Below, one piece after another: positions 9,400 through 17,232 of a stretch of 64,000 nt of DNA (the first letter of the stretch is position 1; each line of letters opens with the position of its first letter). Location: assembly GCA_030695925.1 (NCBI GenBank), contig JAUYOH010000139.1, forward strand, positions 15,142 through 79,141, given 5' to 3'. The notes beneath the pieces are model-generated. The model did not search any database. It saw nothing but the letters and a program-made list of their open reading frames with translations, and was not told where the DNA came from. The position numbers and the translations under genes are program-made. The stretch comes from Candidatus Omnitrophota bacterium (GTDB lineage Bacteria; Omnitrophota; Gorgyraeia; Pluralincolimonadales; Pluralincolimonadaceae).

Positions 9400-9429
9400 G
9401 ATTTAACCTGCGCGTAATCTGGATTTAAC
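9400..9429. promoter_or_regulatory. Composite repeat GATTTAAC-N5-CGTAATC-N2-GATTTAAC (candidate nitrogen-regulator site)
   Basis: Exact 8-mer GATTTAAC at 9400-9407 and 9422-9429, flanking CGTAATC at 9413-9419. The same elements with the same N5/N2 spacings recur at 26387-26415 upstream of glnA. A TATACT -10-like hexamer lies at 9439-9444. Confidence 0.5.
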
Positions 9430-9480
9430 ATTCATCAGTATACTTATCAGCGTAAGAATGGAACAGGGGCTATCCTAGTA

Positions 9481-9657
9481 ATGAAGCAGAAAGAGCTAGA
9501 GAGCAAGTTCAGGTGCGCAAGGTGCGGTTATTTGACACAACGGCAGGCGCCGCCTAAGAGTTGCCCGGTCTGCAAATCAGGGGCAGACGCTTTTGACGAC
9601 ATTGGAGTCGACAGATCAGTGAAGATAAAGGAACTCTGTAATCCAAGGTTGATTTAA
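9481..9657 (+). CDS. Small rubredoxin-like zinc-ribbon protein (58 aa, absent from the ORF track)
   Basis: ATG at 9481, TAA at 9655-9657. Product is MKQKELESKFRCARCGYLTQRQAPPKSCPVCKSGADAFDD.... The CxxC-N15-CxxC pattern resembles the C-terminal rubredoxin-like domain of rubrerythrins. SD is weak. Confidence 0.4.
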   Translation: MKQKELESKFRCARCGYLTQRQAPPKSCPVCKSGADAFDDIGVDRSVKIKELCNPRLI

Positions 9658-9684
9658 TAAGCGTAAACAAATAGGAGGCGAAAA

Positions 9685-9698
9685 ATGAAACATGAAAC
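9685..9698 (+). repeat. 7-bp tandem duplication ATGAAAC-ATGAAAC at the start of the barrel-protein gene
   Basis: AGGAGG at 9673-9678 is followed by two ATGs 7 nt apart, in different frames. The first (9685) opens an 18-codon out-of-frame ORF; the second (9692) opens the 259-aa ORF. Confidence 0.7.
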
Positions 9699-10471
9699 AT
9701 CTATTTTGTATACCGCTGTTTTTGTTTATTTTGTCCGTTGATTCATCGTGTTTTGCCACACCCTCGACTCATATCTGGGCGCCGTCAACCGATGCGCAGG
9801 CCTATGGCGTCATGCACATAACAGGTGATATGTATCTTCCAACAGAAAGAGATTCCGCCGGCAACAGGCCCGATACGATAACCAATGAAGGCTTGACCCT
9901 TGGTGTCTTACCTTTCGAGAAATTCAATGTAGAAGTTGGATTAGACCACAAGACAGGGCTCGGGGACCTCGATGATTACCCGATGTATTTTAACGCAAAA
10001 GGTGGGATACCTGAAGGGGCGTTCGGCGAATTCTTCCCGGCCTTGGCTGTCGGCGCGTATGATATCGGCACCAAGGAAGACCGAACCGACTTCAATATTA
10101 TCTACGGAAAGGCCGCGAAGACCTTCAGAGTCGGGGATTTAAACCTCGGGAGATTCTCGGCCGGCTATTTCAATGGCAATGACAAATTACTCTTGGATGA
10201 AGACGGCGATAAAGATAATGACGGTTTCTTCGGCGCGTGGGAGAGGACCATACCCGAGATATCCGACAAACTCTGGCTATGTGTTGAGTATCAGGGGACG
10301 AGAAGTTCTTACGGCGCATGGACTTTCGGCGGCTCATGGAAGTTCTCGGACAATATGTCAATGATTATAGGTTTCGACCGTTACAACAATAGAAATCTCG
10401 CTGATACAGTCACTATCCAGATGGATATAGATTTTGACGTCTTCAGTAAGATGTTCAAAAAAGGCAAATAG
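9692..10471 (+). CDS. Putative outer-membrane beta-barrel/porin-like protein (unknown family)
   Basis: 259 aa with a signal peptide (MKHLFCIPLFLFILSVDSSCFA). Alternating hydrophobic/aromatic strands (WTFGGSWKFS, MSMIIGFDRY, VTIQMDIDFDVF). Lies 15 nt upstream of amt. Confidence 0.45.
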   Translation: MKHLFCIPLFLFILSVDSSCFATPSTHIWAPSTDAQAYGVMHITGDMYLPTERDSAGNRPDTITNEGLTLGVLPFEKFNVEVGLDHKTGLGDLDDYPMYFNAKGGIPEGAFGEFFPALAVGAYDIGTKEDRTDFNIIYGKAAKTFRVGDLNLGRFSAGYFNGNDKLLLDEDGDKDNDGFFGAWERTIPEISDKLWLCVEYQGTRSSYGAWTFGGSWKFSDNMSMIIGFDRYNNRNLADTVTIQMDIDFDVFSKMFKKGK

Positions 10472-10504
10472 GATACGTGTAAACAGATGAAAGGAGATGG
10501 TAAT

Positions 10505-11842
10505 ATGAGAAAGTATTTGAAGGGTTCTCCGTTTTGGTTTTTCGCGGCTTTTCTGCTGTTTACGGTCATTGCCACTGTAGTGGCGGCCGAAGAGACCACC
10601 ACGGCGCCGAAGATTGATACAGGCGATACCGCGTGGCTTTTGACTTCATCGGCGCTCGTATTATTGATGACACCAGCTCTGGCCTTCTTCTACGGCGGCT
10701 TGGTACGTAAGAAGAACATTCTCTCGGTTTTGATGCAGTGTTTCATGGTCACATGCCTGATAACGATCCAGTGGGTATTGTTTGGCTACAGCCTTGCTTT
10801 TGGGCCGGATATCAAAGGTGTTATCGGAAGTTTAGCGTGGTTCGGTCTTAAAGGCGTGGGCCTCGACCCGAATCCCGCTTACGCTGCGACCGTGCCGCAT
10901 CAGGCGTTCATGATATTTCAGGCGATGTTCGCTATCATCACGCCCGCCCTGATCTTGGGAGCGTTCGCCGAAAGGATGAAATTTTCGACGTTCTGCGTCT
11001 TTTCGCTTTTATGGGCGACGCTCGTCTATGATCCGGTAGCGCATTGGGTCTGGGGCGTCGGCGGGTTCTTAAGGGCCGACGGAGCGCTTGATTTCGCCGG
11101 CGGTACCGTCGTACATATCAATGCCGGTGTGGCGGCCTTGGCGTGCGCTTTGGTATTAGGAAAACGTCGGGGGTACCCGGACAAGATATCTCCTCCGCAT
11201 AATCTGCCGTTTGCGGTATTGGGCGCGGGATTATTGTGGTTCGGCTGGTTCGGCTTTAACAGCGGAAGCGCTCTCGGCTCAGGTTCTCTGGCAACAAGCG
11301 CTTTTGTCGTTACCCATATAGCTGCCGCGGCAGCGGGCCTTACGTGGGCGCTGCTTGACTGGATCATTAATTCCCGTCCCACGGTCTTGGGTATCATCAC
11401 CGGCGCGGTCGCGGGGCTCGTCGCTATTACTCCCGCCTCGGGTTTTGTCAACCCGGTTGGCGCTATATGGATCGGCATCGGCGTATCGGTATTCTGCTAT
11501 ATAGCCGTCGCGATACTGAAGGTGAAATTCGGATACGATGATTCGCTCGACGCCTTCGGCGTTCATGGGATCGGCGGTATGTGGGGTGCCTTGGCGACAG
11601 GCCTCTGGGCGACAAAAGCGGTAAACTCAGCCGGCGCGAACGGATTATTCTACGGAAACCCGGCACAGCTCTTCATCCAGTTCAAGGCTGTCATTATAAC
11701 GGCAGCATATTCATTTGTCATGACTTTTGCGATATTAAAGGTCCTTGACGCCATAATGGGCGTGCGCGCCTCCGAGCAGGACGAACGCATCGGTCTGGAC
11801 CTCACACAGCACCGTGAGGCCGGTTATACGGTGCTGGAATAA
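10505..11842 (+). CDS. amt: Ammonium transporter (Amt/MEP family)
   Basis: Amt signatures present (DTAWLLTSSALVLLMTPALAFFYGG, DFAGGTVVHINAG, FGWFGFNSGSA, DDSLDAFGVHGIGG). Start set at the ATG at 10505, 8 nt after AAGGAG. The track start at 10487 is also possible. Confidence 0.9.
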   Translation: MRKYLKGSPFWFFAAFLLFTVIATVVAAEETTTAPKIDTGDTAWLLTSSALVLLMTPALAFFYGGLVRKKNILSVLMQCFMVTCLITIQWVLFGYSLAFGPDIKGVIGSLAWFGLKGVGLDPNPAYAATVPHQAFMIFQAMFAIITPALILGAFAERMKFSTFCVFSLLWATLVYDPVAHWVWGVGGFLRADGALDFAGGTVVHINAGVAALACALVLGKRRGYPDKISPPHNLPFAVLGAGLLWFGWFGFNSGSALGSGSLATSAFVVTHIAAAAAGLTWALLDWIINSRPTVLGIITGAVAGLVAITPASGFVNPVGAIWIGIGVSVFCYIAVAILKVKFGYDDSLDAFGVHGIGGMWGALATGLWATKAVNSAGANGLFYGNPAQLFIQFKAVIITAAYSFVMTFAILKVLDAIMGVRASEQDERIGLDLTQHREAGYTVLE

Positions 11843-11846
11843 GTGA

Positions 11847-11948
11847 GGACATGAGTTATGGAGCGAAATATTGGAGAAATGCGACATAACTCATATGTCC
11901 GAACTTACCCCTGGCGTATTGATTCGCTCTGCGAATCAGCAATGGGGT
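11847..11948 (+). other. Two stable hairpins in the amt/P-II intergenic region
   Basis: Hairpin 1: GGACATGAGTTATG (11847-11860) pairs with CATAACTCATATGTCC (11885-11900). Hairpin 2: ACCCC..ATTGATTCGC-TCT-GCGAATCA..AAT-GGGGT (11907-11948). Neither has a U-tract, and the P-II RBS follows directly. Confidence 0.45.
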
Positions 11949-11972
11949 TAACCTAAAGGGGGATTAAGAATC

Positions 11973-12314
11973 ATGAAATACATTATCGCGATAATACAGC
12001 CGGACAGGCTTGATGAGGTATTAGGGAGACTGGAAGAGAAAGAGATACATCTGGTTACGGTCTCGAGTGTTATGGGCCGCGGCCGCCAGAAAGGCATTTC
12101 CGAAGTCTACAGGAGTCACAAGGAGGCCGGAAGCCTACTTAAGAAGGTAAAACTCGAGATCGCCGTTAATGAGGACTTTGCAAAACCGACTATCGAGGCG
12201 ATTATCGGCGGAGCAAGGACCGGTAACATAGGAGATGGAAAGATATTTATTATGGACCTGCAGGAATGCCTTAGAATAAGGACAGGCGAAAAGGGCGGCG
12301 AAGCGATCGGATAA
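11973..12314 (+). CDS. glnB: Nitrogen regulatory protein P-II (GlnB/GlnK family)
   Basis: 113 aa. T-loop GRGRQKGISEVYRS keeps the Tyr. C-terminal GDGKIFI motif present. Adjacent to amt. Confidence 0.9.
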   Translation: MKYIIAIIQPDRLDEVLGRLEEKEIHLVTVSSVMGRGRQKGISEVYRSHKEAGSLLKKVKLEIAVNEDFAKPTIEAIIGGARTGNIGDGKIFIMDLQECLRIRTGEKGGEAIG

Positions 12315-12390
12315 TAGGACTTGATTTTTACTTAAGATTAAGGTAAACTATCAATGAGCACAAAGTATGTGCTATTAAAGTAAGAACGAA

Positions 12391-12431
12391 GGCGTTCAAA
12401 ACAAAGTTATGTTTTGAGCGCCTTTTATTTT
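12391..12431 (+). terminator. Rho-independent terminator after P-II
   Basis: 12-bp stem GGCGTTCAAAAC / GTTTTGAGCGCC (one G-U pair), 8-nt loop, then TTTTATTTT. Confidence 0.75.
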
Positions 12432-12481
12432 GCCGTTGAATGCTTAAAAGTTAAGCAACTCTTAATATCGCGGATAATATT

Positions 12482-12700
12482 ATGGAAAATATTGATAAGA
12501 TCGAAGAATACTTCCTGACCACCAGCAAAGGGGAGATTTATGCCAAGGTGGTGGGACACATCGAAAAGATGCTTATTGAGAAGGCGCTAGAGCGCTCCTC
12601 GGGAAATCAGCTTGAGGCCTCCAGACTATTGGGGATTAACCGCAATACTTTGCGCGCGAAGATAAAAAAATTAAATATAGTTGCGGGGAAATTTAAATGA
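12482..12700 (+). CDS. Fis-type helix-turn-helix DNA-binding mini-protein
   Basis: 72 aa. EKMLIEKALERSSGNQLEASRLLGINRNTLRAKIKKLNI matches the Fis / NtrC C-terminal HTH pattern. ATGA overlap with gltB. Confidence 0.65.
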   Translation: MENIDKIEEYFLTTSKGEIYAKVVGHIEKMLIEKALERSSGNQLEASRLLGINRNTLRAKIKKLNIVAGKFK

Positions 12701-15700
12701 GATATCGGCATCTTCCGGAAAGACAAGGCCTTTACGATCCGCAGTTTGAGCATGATAGCTGCGGGGTGGGATTCGTTTGCGACATCCAGGGCCGTAAATC
12801 CCATAGTATCGTGGACAGCGGCATCCTTGCGCTCGAACACCTTATGCACAGGGGAGCTACCGGTTCGGATCCCAAGACGGGTGACGGGGCGGGCCTTCTT
12901 ATACAGGTACCGCATAGTTTTTTAAGCAAGGAATGCGTTAAGTTAGGCCTGCGCATTCCGGGGGCAGGCGAGTACGGTGTGGGGCTGGTCTTCCTTCCGA
13001 CGGATGAGAAGGAGAGGAAATTCTGTGAGAATAGTTTTAAAGATGCCGTAGAAGAGACCGGGCTTGAGTTGCTCGGCTGGCGCGACGTGCCGGTCGACGA
13101 CTCGATGATAGGAAAGACCGCGCGCGATACCGAGCCGGTCATAAGGCATGTTTTTGTGGGAAGGACCGCCCCGATAAAAGACGAACTGGCCTTTGAGCGC
13201 AGACTATACGTGGCAAGGAAGCGGATAGAGAACCTTATCCGCGATTCTTCCCTTAAGCAGAAGAAATATTTTTACATAACGGGGCTGTCGTCGAGGACCT
13301 TAAGCTACAAAGGCCTGCTTATGTCCACGCAGCTTAAAAGTTATTTCGTTGACTTGAAAGACCACGATATGGAAAGCGCCTTTGCGCTCATCCATGCCCG
13401 TTACAGCACTAACACCTTCCCGACGTGGGATCTTTCACAACCCTTCCGTTTCCTGGCGCATAACGGCGAAATAAATACTCTGCGCGGCAACATTAATTGG
13501 ATGAAGGCGCGCCAAGGCCTGCTAAAGAGCGATGTTTTCGGCAAGGATTTGAAGAAGCTATTCCCTATAGTAGTCCCGGGCGGAAGCGATTCGGCGATGC
13601 TCGATAACGCGCTGGAACTTCTCGTCCTGGGTGGGCGCTGCCTGCCGCACGCGATGATGATGCTTATCCCGGAGGCATGGCAGGATAATAACCAGATAGA
13701 CGAGGAAAGGAAGTATTTCTATGAATACCACGCCTGTCTGATGGAGCCGTGGGACGGGCCCGCGGCGGTCGCGTTTACCGACGGAAGGTATATCGGCGCG
13801 ACATTAGACAGGAACGGCCTGCGTCCGGCGCGTTATGTCATCACGAAGGACGATATGGTAGTTATGGCTTCCGAGGCCGGAGTCCTCGACATTCCTGCCG
13901 AGGATATCCTGATCAAGGGCCGTCTTCAGCCCGGGAAGATGTTTTTGATCGATACCGTCGAAGGCCGCATAATAGACGACAGGGAGCTCAAAGAGAAGAT
14001 GTCGTCGGCAAAGCCGTATAAGAAATGGGTTAAGGAAAATATAGAAAAACTAGAGGCCCTTCCGGAGTCGAAAGAGAAACCTCAGAAGATAAAAGATGTC
14101 CCGGCACAACAGAAGGCATTTGGATACTCGAAGGAAGACCTTCGGGTGATAATAAAGCCCATGGCCGAGACCGGCACAGAGCCGACCGGTTCGATGGGTG
14201 ATGATACACCGCTTGCGGTGCTCTCACAGCGGCCGCGCAAACTCTACGATTATTTTAAGCAGCTCTTCGCGCAAGTCACCAATCCCCCCATAGACCCCAT
14301 CCGTGAACAGCTCGTTATGACACTTGATACCTATCTCGGGCGCGAGAAGAATCTCTTCGAGGAAACCCCGGGCCATGCTCACAGGTTAAAGGTCAGGCAG
14401 CCCATTTTGAAGGACGAAGAGATCGAAAAGATACGCCGGATAAAGAATAAGACCTTCAGGACAAAGACCATATCCATTCTCTTTGAGGCGGAAAAAGGCA
14501 GAGGGGAGTTCAAAAGGACTCTCGAAAGGGTCTGTAAGGATGTCTCCGTGGCCATCAAGAGCGGCTATAGTTTTATTATCCTAAGTGACAGGGGCGTCAA
14601 CGAAAGATACGCGGCCCTTCCGGCTCTTCTTGCCTGCGGCGCGGTGCACCATTACCTGATAAAAAAGGAGATGCGCACGCAGGTAAGCATTATAATCGAG
14701 AGCGGCGAGCCGAGAGAAGTCGCTAATTTCGCTCTCCTCTTCGGATACGGCGCCGATTGTATTAATCCTTACTTAGCTTACGCCTCGCTCGAAGGTCTTA
14801 TTAAGGATAAAGAGCTTTCCATTGATTTCAAGACGTCGCGGAAGAACTACATCCACGCTCTCTCGCACGGGATATTAAAGATCCTCTCGAAGATGGGGAT
14901 CTCCACGATACAGAGTTACCGCGGCGCCCAGATATTCGAAGCGCTCGGCTTAAATGATGAGGTCGTCGATAGGTGTTTTACCGGTACGGCCTCGAGGATA
15001 GGAGGTATCGGCATCGAGACTATCGCGCAGGAGACTTTGGAGGTCCACAGTAAGGCCTTTCCAAAGCGCGGCACCGAGAAGCCGCAGCTTCCGGTAGGCG
15101 GAGTATATCAGTGGCGACGGGACGGTGAATTTCATCTGTGGAATCCCGAGTCTATCGCGACGGTCCAGGACGCCATTCGCAAGAATGATTTCAGCTTATT
15201 CGTTAAATTTGCCCAATTGATAAACAATCAGGAGAATAATCTTACGACATTACGCGGTTGCCTTAAATTTACCGAGACTAAACCGGTACCACTGGAAGAA
15301 GTGGAGCCGGCGTCCGAGATAATAAAACGTTTTGTTACGGGTGCCATGAGCTTCGGGTCGATAGGCAAGGAAGCGCATGAGTCGATTGCCATCGCGATGA
15401 ACCGTCTTGGCGCTAAATCCAATTCCGGTGAAGGCGGCGAGGATCCGATAAGATATATCCCGCTTCCTAACGGCGATAGCCTGCGCTCGGCGGTAAAACA
15501 GGTAGCGTCGGGCCGCTTCGGGGTAACCAGCAACTACCTTACTAACGCCGATGAATTGCAGATAAAGATAGCGCAGGGCGCCAAGCCCGGCGAGGGTGGG
15601 CAGCTTCCCGGACACAAAGTAAGCGTTACGATCGCTAAAGTGCGCTATTCGACACCGGGTGTCACTCTGATATCTCCTCCGCCACACCATGATATCTATT

Positions 15701-17232
15701 CGATAGAGGACTTGGCACAGCTCATCTTCGACTTAAAGAACGCTAATCCCCGTGCGCGCGTAAGCGTAAAACTTGTATCCGAGATCGGTGTCGGCACTAT
15801 CGCCGCGGGTGTCGCAAAAGGCCATGCCGATATGATCCTTATTTCCGGCGGAGACGGAGGCACAGGCGCTTCTCCGATAAGCTCGATCAAACACGCCGGG
15901 CTTCCGTGGGAACTTGGGATTTCCGAGACGCACCAGACGCTCGTATTAAATGACTTAAGGAGCCGCGTGCGCCTTCAGACCGACGGACAAATGAGGACCG
16001 GCCGCGACGTGGTGATCGCCGCGATACTCGGCGCAGAGGAATATGGATTCGCGACGGCTGCGCTGATCATGCTCGGCTGTGTAATGCTAAGGCATTGCCA
16101 CTTGAACAACTGCTCGGTAGGCGTGGCCACACAGGATGATATATTAAGAAAAAGATTTGTTGGCAAGCCGGAATATCTTCAGACATATTTTACTTTTGTC
16201 GCGGAGGAAGCGCGCCAAGTCATGGCACGACTCGGCATCAGAAGGATAGACGAACTGATCGGCCGGACAGAATTGCTCGAGGCCAACAAAGACATACTCC
16301 ATTGGAAGGCGAAGGGCGTGGATTTCTCAAAGATATTGTATAAACCGCAGATGCCGGATTATGTCGGCACGCGCTGTACCGTAAAACAGGACCATAGCAT
16401 AGATAAAGTCCTTGATGTAAACCTTATCGGGCTTGCCGGGCCGGCTCTCGATAAGAAGGAGAGAGTCTCGGTGGAACTGCCGATAAATAATACCGACAGG
16501 ACGACGGGTGCTATGTTAAGCGGAGAGGTCTCGAGTCGTTACGGCGAGGACGGGCTTGCGCACGATACGATACATTTCAAATTCAATGGCACCGCGGGAC
16601 AGAGCTTCGGCGCGTTCCTTGCCAAAGGCATAACCCTGGAGATCGAGGGCGAGGCGAATGACTACATCGGCAAGGGGCTCTCCGGAGGGAAGATAATCGT
16701 CTATCCGCCTAAGGTTGCCACTTTTAGACCTTCGGAAAATATCATAATCGGCAACACGACGTTTTACGGCGCGACCTCAGGCGAGGCGTATATCCGCGGG
16801 ATAGCGGGCGAGAGATTTTGTATCCGCAATTCCGGGGCCTACGCTGTCGTCGAGGGAGCCGGAGATCACGGTTGTGAATACATGACAGGCGGGCGGGTCG
16901 TCATCTTGGGAAAGACAGGACGCAATTTCGCGGCCGGTATGTCAGGGGGTATAGCGTATATATACGACGAGGATAGGAAATTTAAATCACGCTGTAATAT
17001 GGGCATGGTGGAGTTTGAGAAGACAGACAGCGAGGACAAATTCGTCATACATTCTCTTCTGATGAACCATCATAAATATACCGGCAGCGGGAAAGCCAAG
17101 AAGATACTAGAGAATATCGAAAGCGAGATCGGGCATTTCGTGAAAGTGATGCCGATAGAATATAAACGCGTCCTGGAAGGCGGCGTCGTTGCGAAGAAGA
17201 AGCCGGAACTGGCAGAGGTAAGCGATGGGTGA
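12697..17232 (+). CDS. gltB: Glutamate synthase large subunit
   Basis: 1511 aa. Ntn-amidotransferase N-terminus (HDSCGVGFV), then central, FMN (Glu_synthase) and C-terminal GXGXG beta-helix domains (GNDYIGKGLSGGKIIVYPP). Confidence 0.95.
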   Translation: MRYRHLPERQGLYDPQFEHDSCGVGFVCDIQGRKSHSIVDSGILALEHLMHRGATGSDPKTGDGAGLLIQVPHSFLSKECVKLGLRIPGAGEYGVGLVFLPTDEKERKFCENSFKDAVEETGLELLGWRDVPVDDSMIGKTARDTEPVIRHVFVGRTAPIKDELAFERRLYVARKRIENLIRDSSLKQKKYFYITGLSSRTLSYKGLLMSTQLKSYFVDLKDHDMESAFALIHARYSTNTFPTWDLSQPFRFLAHNGEINTLRGNINWMKARQGLLKSDVFGKDLKKLFPIVVPGGSDSAMLDNALELLVLGGRCLPHAMMMLIPEAWQDNNQIDEERKYFYEYHACLMEPWDGPAAVAFTDGRYIGATLDRNGLRPARYVITKDDMVVMASEAGVLDIPAEDILIKGRLQPGKMFLIDTVEGRIIDDRELKEKMSSAKPYKKWVKENIEKLEALPESKEKPQKIKDVPAQQKAFGYSKEDLRVIIKPMAETGTEPTGSMGDDTPLAVLSQRPRKLYDYFKQLFAQVTNPPIDPIREQLVMTLDTYLGREKNLFEETPGHAHRLKVRQPILKDEEIEKIRRIKNKTFRTKTISILFEAEKGRGEFKRTLERVCKDVSVAIKSGYSFIILSDRGVNERYAALPALLACGAVHHYLIKKEMRTQVSIIIESGEPREVANFALLFGYGADCINPYLAYASLEGLIKDKELSIDFKTSRKNYIHALSHGILKILSKMGISTIQSYRGAQIFEALGLNDEVVDRCFTGTASRIGGIGIETIAQETLEVHSKAFPKRGTEKPQLPVGGVYQWRRDGEFHLWNPESIATVQDAIRKNDFSLFVKFAQLINNQENNLTTLRGCLKFTETKPVPLEEVEPASEIIKRFVTGAMSFGSIGKEAHESIAIAMNRLGAKSNSGEGGEDPIRYIPLPNGDSLRSAVKQVASGRFGVTSNYLTNADELQIKIAQGAKPGEGGQLPGHKVSVTIAKVRYSTPGVTLISPPPHHDIYSIEDLAQLIFDLKNANPRARVSVKLVSEIGVGTIAAGVAKGHADMILISGGDGGTGASPISSIKHAGLPWELGISETHQTLVLNDLRSRVRLQTDGQMRTGRDVVIAAILGAEEYGFATAALIMLGCVMLRHCHLNNCSVGVATQDDILRKRFVGKPEYLQTYFTFVAEEARQVMARLGIRRIDELIGRTELLEANKDILHWKAKGVDFSKILYKPQMPDYVGTRCTVKQDHSIDKVLDVNLIGLAGPALDKKERVSVELPINNTDRTTGAMLSGEVSSRYGEDGLAHDTIHFKFNGTAGQSFGAFLAKGITLEIEGEANDYIGKGLSGGKIIVYPPKVATFRPSENIIIGNTTFYGATSGEAYIRGIAGERFCIRNSGAYAVVEGAGDHGCEYMTGGRVVILGKTGRNFAAGMSGGIAYIYDEDRKFKSRCNMGMVEFEKTDSEDKFVIHSLLMNHHKYTGSGKAKKILENIESEIGHFVKVMPIEYKRVLEGGVVAKKKPELAEVSDG

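Noticed and set aside
11851-11951. Two tiny ORFs (12 and 18 codons), and a possible glutamine riboswitch, in the amt/P-II spacer.
   Set aside because: The ORFs have no RBS. I could not match the conserved glnA-RNA (glutamine riboswitch) core sequences. Only the hairpins are reported.
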